A stretch of DNA of 64,000 nucleotides, from sequence record ON529857.1, one strand, 5' to 3'. Both the position numbers and the translations under genes were made by a program. Positions 17,486 to 26,344 of the stretch are shown here, piece by piece (within the stretch, counting starts at the first letter, position 1; each line of letters opens with the position of its first letter). The notes under the pieces were generated by a model. It saw only the letters and a list, made by a program, of their open reading frames with translations. It did not search any database and had not been told where the DNA came from.

Positions 17486-18080
17486 TCGCGCTCTCCGTGT
17501 GCATCTCCAGAGCGGTCGAAGACCAGTGCGGCCGATGCAGCACTTCGCCGGAAGGCATTTTCGCAGGATCGGCGCGGGTCAGCGTGGTGACGTAGGTCAG
17601 GGCCTCCTCCAACGTGTCGAAAGGCTGCGCGGGGGAACCTTCGGCGGTCTTCCAGCCGGCGACCGAAAAAACATCGCGCATTTGGTGGTAGTTAGGGTTC
17701 ACCTGATGGTAGAAACGATGGCGGATAATCGAAGCGATCTTTTCTCCGTCGACATGGATGACGGCGAACGAAGACTGCGTTCTCGTGGCGGTGTTCTCGA
17801 TGTCGCGGTAAGCGTAGGCGAACGAAGCGTAAAACGCTTGCGCCTTATCAACATCAATGTTCGGGGCGGGTTCTTCACGGGGGGCCATCACGGCACGAGC
17901 GCATTGGGCCGCAGCATGAGCCGCCGCCGCCCGTCGGCGCGCGGTCTGAGCGGCGGTCTTCGCTGCGTCAGCCTGCTGAGCCAAAGCCGCGTACTGCCGC
18001 TGGAGCTCCGACGCTTTCTTCAGCTCTTCCTTCAGGATGTCATCGAGAAGGCGCAGGTTTCCAAGGTCGTTCTCACTCAT
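17478..18080 (-). CDS. hypothetical protein, N-terminal coiled coil
   Basis: 200 aa. Confidence 0.65.
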   Translation of the reverse strand: MSENDLGNLRLLDDILKEELKKASELQRQYAALAQQADAAKTAAQTARRRAAAAHAAAQCARAVMAPREEPAPNIDVDKAQAFYASFAYAYRDIENTATRTQSSFAVIHVDGEKIASIIRHRFYHQVNPNYHQMRDVFSVAGWKTAEGSPAQPFDTLEEALTYVTTLTRADPAKMPSGEVLHRPHWSSTALEMHTESANA

Positions 18081-18327
18081 AGTCGTGATCCGCCTTTGCA
18101 GTCGTCGTGAGGGTGATGGTCGGGTAGACCTTCACGGTTGGAGCGTCCGACGTCGCGACCATCAGCAGGCCGGCGATGCCGGTGCCGATCATGATGATCG
18201 CTTCGGCGTGCTCGGGTCGAATGACATAGCCGAGCAGGCCAGCCAGAGCGATCAGACCCAGCCAGGTCGACCGCTCCAGCGCCTTGGTGAGCAGGAAGGT
18301 GTAGAGGGCTTTCCAGTTCCAGGTCAT
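18073..18327 (-). CDS. holin-like two-TM membrane protein
   Basis: E.STW.GL..L..L.G..I.PE....I...G..IAG pattern of small phage holins. Confidence 0.5.
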   Translation of the reverse strand: MTWNWKALYTFLLTKALERSTWLGLIALAGLLGYVIRPEHAEAIIMIGTGIAGLLMVATSDAPTVKVYPTITLTTTAKADHDYE

Positions 18328-19025
18328 TTGGAGCTCCCAAGCGTATCTTCGACCATCTCATCGGCAATCCGACGGGTGTCTTCGTCCAGGAGGGCCGCGA
18401 CGGTCTGTTCGTCGGTGGTCATGGGCCGGGCGCCGTTCGCCAGCTTCAAGCGATCCGACGCGGACATCCGGCGAGCGGCGGCGACCGCCTGCGTATGCTC
18501 GGTGTCAGCCGGGCGCGCCGGCGCTTCGGGCGTTCCGGTCAGAACCCCGCGCAGCATGGCGGTCGCCTTGACCCGGCGCGCATCGGCCTCGTGGCGAAGC
18601 GTCGCCATCTTGGTGCGCACGCGGTTGAACTCCTCGCGGGTGTCTTCCCGCGACATCTCCAGCTTCACCGCGTCCGAGAGGTAGGTCATCGCGCGGGTGA
18701 TGATGTCTTCCGCTTCCTGGAAGGTGTAGACGCCGCCGGGGGCCGGTTGAATCGAAGCGCGCGACGCCGCCGCGATCTTCGCCTCCAGCTCCGCGATACG
18801 CTGATGCGCCTGCTCCAAGGCCGTCGGCGAGGCTTCCAGGAAATCAACCTGGTAGCGGCGCGTCAGGTCGGAGATCGCGCGCGATGCGCTGGGGGTGCCT
18901 TCCGGGACGGTCACATCATGGCCGGCGCCCGCCAGGGCTTGCGCCAGGACGGCGATGAGGGTGGTCTTGCCGCTGCCCTTGTCACCCGTGACGGTGACAG
19001 TGACGCGGGCGATGTTATCGGTCAT
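18324..19025 (-). CDS. hypothetical protein with N-terminal Walker A and scaffold-like C-terminal motif
   Basis: GDKGSGKT at N-terminus; MSASDRLKLANG near C-terminus. Confidence 0.65.
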   Translation of the reverse strand: MTDNIARVTVTVTGDKGSGKTTLIAVLAQALAGAGHDVTVPEGTPSASRAISDLTRRYQVDFLEASPTALEQAHQRIAELEAKIAAASRASIQPAPGGVYTFQEAEDIITRAMTYLSDAVKLEMSREDTREEFNRVRTKMATLRHEADARRVKATAMLRGVLTGTPEAPARPADTEHTQAVAAARRMSASDRLKLANGARPMTTDEQTVAALLDEDTRRIADEMVEDTLGSSK

Positions 19026-19026
19026 T

Positions 19027-19287
19027 TCAGAACCAGATCAGGAGGTTTGCATTGCGGAGACGCGGATGCACCTCCAGGTTGAGCCAGTCGACCAAGCGCT
19101 TACGCAGCTCTTCAGGGCCATCGCCCAGGTCGGGGTCTCTGGCGGACCAGCGCACAATCGCGGCCTCGTAGACCCGGCCCACAACAGCGGAAGAATCGAA
19201 CGCCGACACGACGTGAAACAAGGCGCCGTCTCGGGGGTCGGACGGGCGCGGCTCGCCGATGACGACGTAGAGCGCCTGCCGCACCAT
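19027..19287 (-). CDS. hypothetical protein
   Basis: ATG at 19287 overlaps upstream TGA (MVRQALYVV...). Confidence 0.55.
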   Translation of the reverse strand: MVRQALYVVIGEPRPSDPRDGALFHVVSAFDSSAVVGRVYEAAIVRWSARDPDLGDGPEELRKRLVDWLNLEVHPRLRNANLLIWF

Positions 19288-19442
19288 CACAGCGTCCGGC
19301 CCAGGATGAACCCGATGAGGCCGGCCGCCAGAATGGGCGTTCCGATCAGGATCGACAGTGTCGACAACCAATGACGAACACACCAGGCGAAAAGGCGATT
19401 GCCCCCTTCATCCAGCCAGTCGAAATTGGTGTCGTTGATCAT
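19287..19442 (-). CDS. small membrane protein (not in ORF track)
   Basis: MINDTNFDWL...ILIGTPILAAGLIGFILGRTL, 51 aa. Confidence 0.55.
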   Translation of the reverse strand: MINDTNFDWLDEGGNRLFAWCVRHWLSTLSILIGTPILAAGLIGFILGRTL

Positions 19443-19443
19443 G

Positions 19444-19590
19444 TCAGTTCGATCCGAGGCCTTCGAAGATGGAGCCGATCAGCTCCAGGCCGGATTCCAG
19501 GATGGCGAAGACCCAAAAGCCATCCCAGAAGCTGGTCGAACGGTCCGGACGCCGCTTCGTCCGGTCCGTCGTTTTGGCGAAATCGACCAC
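19444..19590 (-). CDS. small protein (not in ORF track)
   Basis: GTG start; ...FWDGFWVFAILESGLELIGSIFEG, 48 aa. Confidence 0.5.
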   Translation of the reverse strand: MVDFAKTTDRTKRRPDRSTSFWDGFWVFAILESGLELIGSIFEGLGSN

Positions 19591-19591
19591 G

Positions 19592-19726
19592 TCAGAAGAA
19601 GACGCAGCCGGAGACCAGACCGCACAGGAAAATGACGGCGGCGGCCGACTTGGTCTCGCGGGCGATGGTGGCGGCCTGGCGCACAGCGGCTTCGACGGCG
19701 GCGACGATGGGGTTGGTGGAGTTCAT
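19592..19726 (-). CDS. small membrane protein (not in ORF track)
   Basis: MNSTNPIVAAVE...VIFLCGLVSGCVFF, 44 aa. Confidence 0.55.
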   Translation of the reverse strand: MNSTNPIVAAVEAAVRQAATIARETKSAAAVIFLCGLVSGCVFF

Positions 19727-19740
19727 GTCAGAAGGGTCCG

Positions 19741-19890
19741 TTAGGCTTTGGTTTCGGGGGTGGAAGTCAGGAAGGCCGTGAAGATTTTGGCGGTGTCGAC
19801 GATGTCGTCGGCCGAAGAACCCTTCTCAGCGTGATAACGCAGCGCCATCTCAAGGGCCTTCTCGTTAACAATGACGTTGTGGTCGTTCAT
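19741..19890 (-). CDS. small hypothetical protein (not in ORF track)
   Basis: MNDHNVIVNEKALEMAL..., 49 aa, ATGA overlap. Confidence 0.5.
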   Translation of the reverse strand: MNDHNVIVNEKALEMALRYHAEKGSSADDIVDTAKIFTAFLTSTPETKA

Positions 19891-20087
19891 TTCACTTTCT
19901 TTCGCGGTCGCCCGCGTTTCGGGGGTGGAGGGGGAGCGGCCGCCGGCGTTTCGTCCGGCGATCGTTTCGTCAGCAAGGCGAGGTCCTCGTCATCCAACGC
20001 CGGCAACCCATACGGGTCGTCCGACATCAAATCCCGATCGTCCAGGTCATGGATCAGATCGTTCAGGTCGGCGTATCTGCGCGGCAT
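19887..20087 (-). CDS. small protein with C-terminal AT-hook-like PKRGRPRK
   Basis: MPRRYADL start; acidic N-half, PPPPPKRGRPRKK end. Confidence 0.55.
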   Translation of the reverse strand: MPRRYADLNDLIHDLDDRDLMSDDPYGLPALDDEDLALLTKRSPDETPAAAPPPPPKRGRPRKKVK

Positions 20088-20100
20088 CGGCGTGGAGGGC

Positions 20101-20505
20101 TTAGTCCTGCTTGAGGCGGTAGATCGGCAGAGGCTGGGCCTCGGCGCCGTAGACGGCCGCATGGAAGACAGCGGTGGTCATCTCGACCACGCCCTTCTCC
20201 AGCAGCTCCGGCAGGCGGAACCCGCGCACGCGGTGGTCTTCGTGGTCGCGATCCGCGAACGATCGCCACTGCTTCTCGGTGGTCCAATCGGCGCCGGTGA
20301 CCGCCAGGAGACGCATCAGGGCGACGCAGGCCTTGAGCTCGACATTGGTCAAGCTGTCGGTCGACAGGTGATCCGGCAGGGCGGCCAGGCCGACCTTGTC
20401 TTCACCAGGACCGATCGACGGGAAGGAGACGGTTCCAGGAGCGCGGAGCGGTTGGGCGGCGCCGGCTGCGCCGGGACCGGCTGGGCGGTAGGTTTGTTCA
20501 GTCAT
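20101..20505 (-). CDS. hypothetical protein (possible winged helix)
   Basis: 134 aa; LPELLEKGVVE...IYRL pattern. Confidence 0.55.
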   Translation of the reverse strand: MTEQTYRPAGPGAAGAAQPLRAPGTVSFPSIGPGEDKVGLAALPDHLSTDSLTNVELKACVALMRLLAVTGADWTTEKQWRSFADRDHEDHRVRGFRLPELLEKGVVEMTTAVFHAAVYGAEAQPLPIYRLKQD

Positions 20506-20512
20506 CGGGTAC

Positions 20513-20623
20513 TCAGCACTTCTTGCGCTTCATGGGGAGAGGGGTCTTCGGAGACGCCGGCTTGGCCCTCTTGGGCTTCACCGGCTTGGCGAACGGCGTC
20601 GCGGTCAGGATGTCGATCGCCAT
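20513..20623 (-). CDS. small basic peptide
   Basis: ATG overlaps portal stop (TGATG); MAIDILTATPFAKPVKPKRAK..., 36 aa. Confidence 0.4.
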   Translation of the reverse strand: MAIDILTATPFAKPVKPKRAKPASPKTPLPMKRKKC

Positions 20624-22596
20624 CAGGCGGTATCCGTCCCGATACGCCGCGCCGGCGGCTGTTGCGGTGGCGCTTGCTTGGCCTTTGCGGCCGTTGCGGC
20701 GGACTTGCGCTGAATCGCCAGCTGCTGCTGCTCCGCCTGGGTCGGCGGGGCCTGCTCCGGATCGCCCAGCTTGCGAGAAGCCGACACGGTCGTGGAGCCG
20801 AACTGCTGCGCCAGGGCGAACTTCTCTTCTTCCAACGCGCGGGCGCGCTCTTGCAACTCCAGCTCCTTGGCCTGGAAAGTCGCCTCGCGCGCCAGGCGCA
20901 CCTGCTCCAGCTCCTGAGCCCGGCTGACGTAACCGCGACGCATCGCTTCGGCGTCGGGTTTGCCGATGAAGGAATTGGGGTCTTCCATCTTGGTGCGGAA
21001 GTCTTCCAGGGTCATGGTCGTGGAGATCACCCCGTTGCGCACCATGGCTTCGTAGAAGACGTCGATCGGAATGTCGCCCTCCTTGAACAGCTGCTGGATC
21101 GCGCGGATCGCGCGTGCGTCCAGGGTGGTCGACAGGAAGGTGGTGTCCAGCTCGTAACGCAGCAGGGCGGTGTCTTGCAGCGGCACGTCGCGGAACAGCA
21201 GCCAATATCGCATCAAGGTCGTCATGCCCTCTTCCAGGGCGGTGATGACATTGAGCAGCAGGCTCTGTTCGTTCGCTTCGCGGATCGATGACTGCTGGTT
21301 GGATTCCGACGTCGACTTCGACGAGCCGGGCATCATGCGACCGCCGATCGCGGCGATCTGCTGCTCCTTCTCGTCCAAGGCGCGCTCCAGGGTCTTGAGA
21401 CCCTCGCCCTTGAACTCCAGGATGCCGGGGATGCCGTCCGGGGTGGTTTCCCACACCGTGCCGGGGCCGATGTGATAGTTGGCCGAATCCGAATCCGAGG
21501 TGCCCGGCACATAGTAGGTCGGCAGGGCGGTGTAGAAGCGACCGTATTCCAGCTCCGCATAGGTGCGGTAGTGCTTCAGATTCAGGTCGACGATGTCGAG
21601 AAGCGGCGGCTTTTCGCAGTCCGCCGCATTGGAGAAGGCGCCGAAGAAGACGACCGGCAGGAATCTCAGCGGATTGCCGCGCACCTTCGGGTAGGTGACC
21701 TTGACCGGCTTGCTCAGCGGGTCTTCCTTGTAGACCTTCTGGCAGTAGACGCGCGATCCGTCTTCCTGGACCTCCAGGACCAGCTCGCGATACTGGGTGA
21801 CGTAGGTGTAGCCGCCCGTCGCCGGCTGTTCGGCCGGGGTGCGGGACGTCACCGGCATCAGCTCGCCGTCGGCGGTGCGGATCATCGCCGTTTGCGGGCG
21901 CTTGCGGCGGCCGCGCGCCGGCTTTTCTTCGCCGATCCAGGGATTGTCGGCGCTGGCGCCCGGCGCCACGCGCACGAACTCGCGCAGCAGAACGCGGGTC
22001 GGGACATAGAAGCCCTCGACCTCTTCGATCTGCCAGTCGATGATGTTCTCGGCCGTATAGCCGACGACGTAGGGCTGCGGCTTCTTACCGACCGGCGTTT
22101 CGTCAACATCCGCCAAGGCCAGGAAGCGGCCCATGGCGATCTGCTCGGCGGCGATCGTCTTGGCGAAGGAAGCGTGGCTGGTGCCGTCTTTGGCGAACCG
22201 CGCCAGCGCCGGCAGGAGCTTCTCACCCTGGTCGATCACCACCTCCGCGCCGCCGGCGTCGCGGGAGACGACGCGACCGGGCTGCGGCAGGTGACGAATG
22301 ACAGGAGGGCGGCGGAAAACCTGCCCGACCATGCCGGACAGCGTCTGAGACGCCATGTTGTAGAACACCGCCCGATGCAGATACTGCTCGTACTGATCGT
22401 CGGTCGACCCTTCCATCGGGCGCAGGTAGACCGCACCCTTACGCTTGATCTCGCGCTCGCCCGCGAGCGCGTCCCTGATCTTCTGCCAATCCTCAGCCCA
22501 GTAGCTGTATTCCGGGTGAGCGACGATCGAGCTGAAAGCCGCGATTGCGCGTTTCGTCCGGCCGATATTGGTGGAATTGGGTGTGGTGCCGGCCAT
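20623..22596 (-). CDS. portal protein (DUF4055-type)
   Basis: HPEY..W...W..IRDAL.GE..IK, RAVFYN, PPLLDIVDLNLKHY..YAELEYG motifs; likely start MAGTTPN at 22596. Confidence 0.9.
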   Translation of the reverse strand: MAGTTPNSTNIGRTKRAIAAFSSIVAHPEYSYWAEDWQKIRDALAGEREIKRKGAVYLRPMEGSTDDQYEQYLHRAVFYNMASQTLSGMVGQVFRRPPVIRHLPQPGRVVSRDAGGAEVVIDQGEKLLPALARFAKDGTSHASFAKTIAAEQIAMGRFLALADVDETPVGKKPQPYVVGYTAENIIDWQIEEVEGFYVPTRVLLREFVRVAPGASADNPWIGEEKPARGRRKRPQTAMIRTADGELMPVTSRTPAEQPATGGYTYVTQYRELVLEVQEDGSRVYCQKVYKEDPLSKPVKVTYPKVRGNPLRFLPVVFFGAFSNAADCEKPPLLDIVDLNLKHYRTYAELEYGRFYTALPTYYVPGTSDSDSANYHIGPGTVWETTPDGIPGILEFKGEGLKTLERALDEKEQQIAAIGGRMMPGSSKSTSESNQQSSIREANEQSLLLNVITALEEGMTTLMRYWLLFRDVPLQDTALLRYELDTTFLSTTLDARAIRAIQQLFKEGDIPIDVFYEAMVRNGVISTTMTLEDFRTKMEDPNSFIGKPDAEAMRRGYVSRAQELEQVRLAREATFQAKELELQERARALEEEKFALAQQFGSTTVSASRKLGDPEQAPPTQAEQQQLAIQRKSAATAAKAKQAPPQQPPARRIGTDTA

Positions 22597-22804
22597 GAGG
22601 AGCAGAAAAAGGCGAGGGCCGAAGGATTCGGCCCTCAAAGGCGTAGAACGAAGTTCGAGTTAGGCTTTTAAGCCTTACTCTGCCAGGATTACTGTCATGA
22701 AAGGGGTTGATTGTCAAGAAAAACGGCGTTTGAGGGTGATTCGGAGTCCCTGTTACGGCGATTTTCACGATTTTCGCGTTGACAGCCGGTTTTCGCTACC
22801 TTAA

Positions 22805-22983
22805 ACCTCAGGTTCACCCAAGGAAGGCCGAGGCTTTCTCGACAACCCGTAACCCGGAGGCGATCATGAAGTGAAACTCAGCGTCCCCGTCGTCTACGGG
22901 GCCGGCGGACGGGTGAAACCCAGACATTCGGACGTCGCGTTCACAAACGATCAAGGCCCTGTCGTCGACAGGGCCTTTTTTCA
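22805..22983 (+). ncRNA. candidate small structured RNA between protease and portal
   Basis: GGTTCACCC/GGGTGAAACC long-range stem, CCCCGT/ACGGGG hairpin, strong +-strand terminator. Confidence 0.4.
22953..22982 (+). terminator. intrinsic terminator, + strand
   Basis: AGGCCCTGTC-GTC-GACAGGGCCT followed by a T run. Confidence 0.75.
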
Positions 22984-22985
22984 CA

Positions 22986-23702
22986 TCACCAGCTGGGGTC
23001 TTCGCCGCACAACGGCGTTTGGGACAGATCGCGCACGCCGCCGCGTCCAGGACCGCCGACATTGATCACCCCGACGACGCGTCCCGCGCCGTCCAGGACC
23101 GGACCGCCCGACATTCCCGAATGGGCTTCGCCGCTCATGATCGCCTGGTGCAGCGCCGGTTGGGAGGCGTTGCGCAAGGGCATGTCAGCGTAGACGCCCG
23201 TAAAGGTGAAGCGCTGGAGGGCGAAGTCCCGGCCATAGGCCCAGCCAACACCGAGATATTCCCGACCACGCCGCAGCCCGCCGCAATGCAGCTCCAGCTG
23301 CGCCGGTGTCGGCAGAGGCACCGCCAGGACCGCAAGGTCCAGCGCCCGGTCGAAATGGAGCGGGGTCATGGGCTTGTCCTGGAACACGCACTGGGCGGCG
23401 CCCTCCACGACGTGCGCCGCCGTCAGGACGCGCCCCGGCCCGATCACCGATCCGGTTCCGGTCACAACGCGCACCTGCAAGCGTTGAAGCACTGTCAACG
23501 ACGAAAGCGGCGTATCCGGCGGCACGCCTTCCGGCAAAACCAGGCACAGGATCATCCCGGTGCTGTTGAGGTTGACGAAGTAGGGTCCAGAGGCGCGACC
23601 GACCAAGCCCATGGGTTCCGCCTGGACGGGCGGCGCCGACAATGACGTCGGAAACGTCAGGCACAGCAAGAAGGCCGTAAAGGCGGCGGCGAGACGACGC
23701 AT
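22986..23702 (-). CDS. trypsin-like (S1) serine protease with signal peptide
   Basis: TAAHV (His), LDLAVL (Asp), GMSGGP (Ser); hydrophobic N-terminus MRRLAAAFTAFLLCL. Confidence 0.85.
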   Translation of the reverse strand: MRRLAAAFTAFLLCLTFPTSLSAPPVQAEPMGLVGRASGPYFVNLNSTGMILCLVLPEGVPPDTPLSSLTVLQRLQVRVVTGTGSVIGPGRVLTAAHVVEGAAQCVFQDKPMTPLHFDRALDLAVLAVPLPTPAQLELHCGGLRRGREYLGVGWAYGRDFALQRFTFTGVYADMPLRNASQPALHQAIMSGEAHSGMSGGPVLDGAGRVVGVINVGGPGRGGVRDLSQTPLCGEDPSW

Positions 23703-24053
23703 GGGCGAGGGAAGCTCCAAGAACGCCGAAATTATGCCCTGTTTGCCAGAATTCACAACAATTCGTCAGAAATAACGGCGATTTTCGGATTCCTGAAAAT
23801 GGATTCACAAAATTTTCGGCAATTCGGACCTGGTTTTTGGATTCACTTCCAGGAAAACACGAGGTCGCTATAAAAATCGCCCCCTACCCCCCTCCCTTCG
23901 CCAGGCCAGGGGCAATTGCTAAATTTGATCCTTAGACGCTTGGCGCCCCCGCGAGAATCGGGCCGAAGAGGGGGTCCGTGGGTCCCTCCGGTCCCATTTT
24001 GAAACAGGGGGGTGGCCCCCTCCGCCGAGGGAGGGGACCGAGGGGCGAGGCGG

Positions 24054-24311
24054 TCAGGCCGCCGCCGCGATTTCGGAGGCTCCCGCCGCCATCTCCGCTT
24101 GAACCGCCTTTTCGATCGCGGCGAAGTCGGAGGGGGAGGTGTTGGCCTTCAGGTCAGCCATCGAGCGGATTTGCGCGCCCTTCATGTTGGCCTTACGGAA
24201 AGCCGCGTTCAGGACGTAGTGGAAGCGAGTGGCGATTGCCCCGGCTTGTTGAGCCGTCAGCAGCGACTGGAGGACTTCATAGTGAGAGGCGACCATTTGC
24301 ATTTTCGTCAT
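24054..24311 (-). CDS. hypothetical protein
   Basis: 85 aa; upstream TTGATG-17-TATAAC promoter. Confidence 0.65.
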   Translation of the reverse strand: MTKMQMVASHYEVLQSLLTAQQAGAIATRFHYVLNAAFRKANMKGAQIRSMADLKANTSPSDFAAIEKAVQAEMAAGASEIAAAA

Positions 24312-24531
24312 TCCCTTCGGAGGGCGGGGCCGATCCCCGCCGCCGATGAGTCAGTTATACGCAATGCGTTTCTTAACATCAAGCCCTTTCTGCGTATTTC
24401 GCAGAAAAAAGTTCGCGCGCCGGGCCTGTTTCCAAGGCCCGCCGTTACGGCCCTTTTCCGGGCCGTGGAGCGGTTCGGGGCGTGGCGGGCGTCCTAGCCT
24501 GCCGCGCCCCTAGAAGAGCGTCAGCGCGCGC

Positions 24532-24810
24532 CTAGCGGGCCAGGGCGCGGGGTTCTGGCTCACAGCGCGCGCCGTCCAGTTCGGCGGAGGCGGTCACGCA
24601 GTCGAGCGCGGTCAGGTTCCAATCCGCCACGTCGAGGCGGTCAGGCTCTTGCGGCGTCGGGGCGGGCAGGATCAGGGAGAACGTCGGCTCTTGCGCCTTG
24701 GCGGGCATGAGGGCGGCGAAGCCGCGTTGATCGTCATACGACGCCAAGGCGACGGCGAGGGCGATCATCAGGGCGAAGGGAATAGCGTTTCGCATGGGCG
24801 GGGCTTTCAT
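24532..24810 (-). CDS. exported/membrane hypothetical protein
   Basis: N-terminal hydrophobic signal; two Cys near C-terminus. Confidence 0.6.
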   Translation of the reverse strand: MKAPPMRNAIPFALMIALAVALASYDDQRGFAALMPAKAQEPTFSLILPAPTPQEPDRLDVADWNLTALDCVTASAELDGARCEPEPRALAR

Positions 24811-24844
24811 GTGAGGGCGGGCGGGAAGCCCGCCCTAGAAGGGT

Positions 24845-25012
24845 TCAGGCCAGAACGTCACGGATGCGGGCCAGCGCGTCCGAGGGGCGCGCGGTTTCGC
24901 CGGTCCATTCGGCGCGGACGTGCGCCGGAACGGAAGCGGAGGCTTGCGGCTGCACCGGGGCGCGCGGGGTCATGCGGGCCGAGGGGGTCAGGGGCGAGCG
25001 GTGCTTGAACAT
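24845..25012 (-). CDS. small hypothetical protein
   Basis: MFKHRSPL start behind GGAGA RBS and cassette promoter. Confidence 0.65.
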   Translation of the reverse strand: MFKHRSPLTPSARMTPRAPVQPQASASVPAHVRAEWTGETARPSDALARIRDVLA

Positions 25013-25173
25013 GGGTCGTTCTCCGTGGTTGCCTCTCTCTTGTAAGGGCGAGCGCACACGCTGTCAACGCCTTTTTATCAGAAAAGAGGGTTAACAGTTT
25101 CGGCGGGTTTGTTAAGGTTAACGCCAGCCGGGAAAGAGAAACCCGCCCCGGCGAACCGGGGCGGGCTGGATCG

Positions 25174-26088
25174 TCAGGCGGCCAGCGCCAGCGCCTCGGC
25201 GGCCTCGCCTTGCGGCTCTTGCGCGGCGTCAGCCTCGGCGGCTTTCAGGATGTAATCCGCCGCCGTCTGGGCCTTCGTGCAAGCCTGAATAAACGCCTTC
25301 GGGTTGGAGCGGATGCGGGCCGCCCAATGGCCGATATAGGCGGCGTGGTCGTCGCGCTCGACACTGGCGAAGCCTTGCGAGGCGCAGACAAACGCCGCCG
25401 TCAGTTCCGCGACCAGTTCCTCAAAGGCGTAAGCCTCATCGCCGAATTCACGGCCAAAGGTGCGGTTAAGGCGATGCTCCGCGCCGGTCCAATGCCCCAG
25501 CTCATGAAAGGCCGTCGAATAATAGCCGTCCGCGTTGATGAAGTCGGCGAAGGCGGGCAGGTGGATGCGGTCGAAAGTCGGGGTATAGAACGCCTTAGAC
25601 CCGCCGTGGCGGACTTCCGCGCCCGTGGCGACGATCAGGGCGTCAGCGGCGGCGATGCGCTCCGCTTCGGGCAGGATCGAAGCCGGGGCGGCTTCGGGCA
25701 GTTCCACGCCCTCGCATTGCGCGATGTTGAACACGGTGTAGACCTTGGCGAAGAATCGCGAGGTCGTCTCGCCCGTCGCGGCGTCTTCCTTCGTGGTGCG
25801 CGACCAGAAAAAGACCGGCGTTCCCTTCTCGCCCTTGCGAACCGAACCGCCGCGCGCCTTGGCCTGTTTGAACGTCATCCAGACGGGTTCCGCGTAACCC
25901 TTGGCCTCTTGCTCCATCCACAGCCAAAAGGTGTTGGCGCCGCGATAGGCGCGGCCTTCGATGTTGCGGGGCAGGGCCAGGGCCGAACCGCGCGCGGTCC
26001 AAGGCTTCGACCAAGGGCGAACGCCCGATTCCAGTTTACCGGCAATCGTGGCGGCGATCTTGTCAAACACTTCGTTAGCTTGTGCCAT
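25174..26088 (-). CDS. ardC: ArdC-family antirestriction / ssDNA-binding protein with zincin-like domain
   Basis: GVRPWSKPW, YRGAN, WMTFKQA, VRKGEKG, VFNIAQCEG, FHELGHWTG, EELVAEL motifs. Confidence 0.92.
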   Translation of the reverse strand: MAQANEVFDKIAATIAGKLESGVRPWSKPWTARGSALALPRNIEGRAYRGANTFWLWMEQEAKGYAEPVWMTFKQAKARGGSVRKGEKGTPVFFWSRTTKEDAATGETTSRFFAKVYTVFNIAQCEGVELPEAAPASILPEAERIAAADALIVATGAEVRHGGSKAFYTPTFDRIHLPAFADFINADGYYSTAFHELGHWTGAEHRLNRTFGREFGDEAYAFEELVAELTAAFVCASQGFASVERDDHAAYIGHWAARIRSNPKAFIQACTKAQTAADYILKAAEADAAQEPQGEAAEALALAA

Positions 26089-26137
26089 GGGGCGTCTCCG
26101 TTGCTGTCAACGTCGTTTTATTGGTTGGACGGTTAGC

Positions 26138-26143
26138 CGTCAA
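26138..26143 (-). promoter_or_regulatory. -35 of ardC promoter
   Basis: TTGACG-17-TAAAAC on minus strand. Confidence 0.6.
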
Positions 26144-26173
26144 TCCCCATTCCGAATAATTCTGAATGATCGC

Positions 26174-26207
26174 GTTAACCTCTCTTTAACACTTTCATGC
26201 TAGTCTG
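26174..26207 (+). promoter_or_regulatory. CtrA-box-type promoter on + strand
   Basis: TTAA-CCTCTCT-TTAA (N7) followed after 8-9 nt by GCTAGTCT. Confidence 0.55.
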
Positions 26208-26344
26208 GCATGGGGAGGGATGCGCTAGGCCGTTAACCATACCCGTTAAGGTTAACGCCGTGTTAAGGTTAACGCTATCGAGCGCGCAAAAGAAAGGCCG
26301 CCCAGCGGGCGGCCCAGTTTAGGAGGAAGCGGGAAGAAAGAGCG

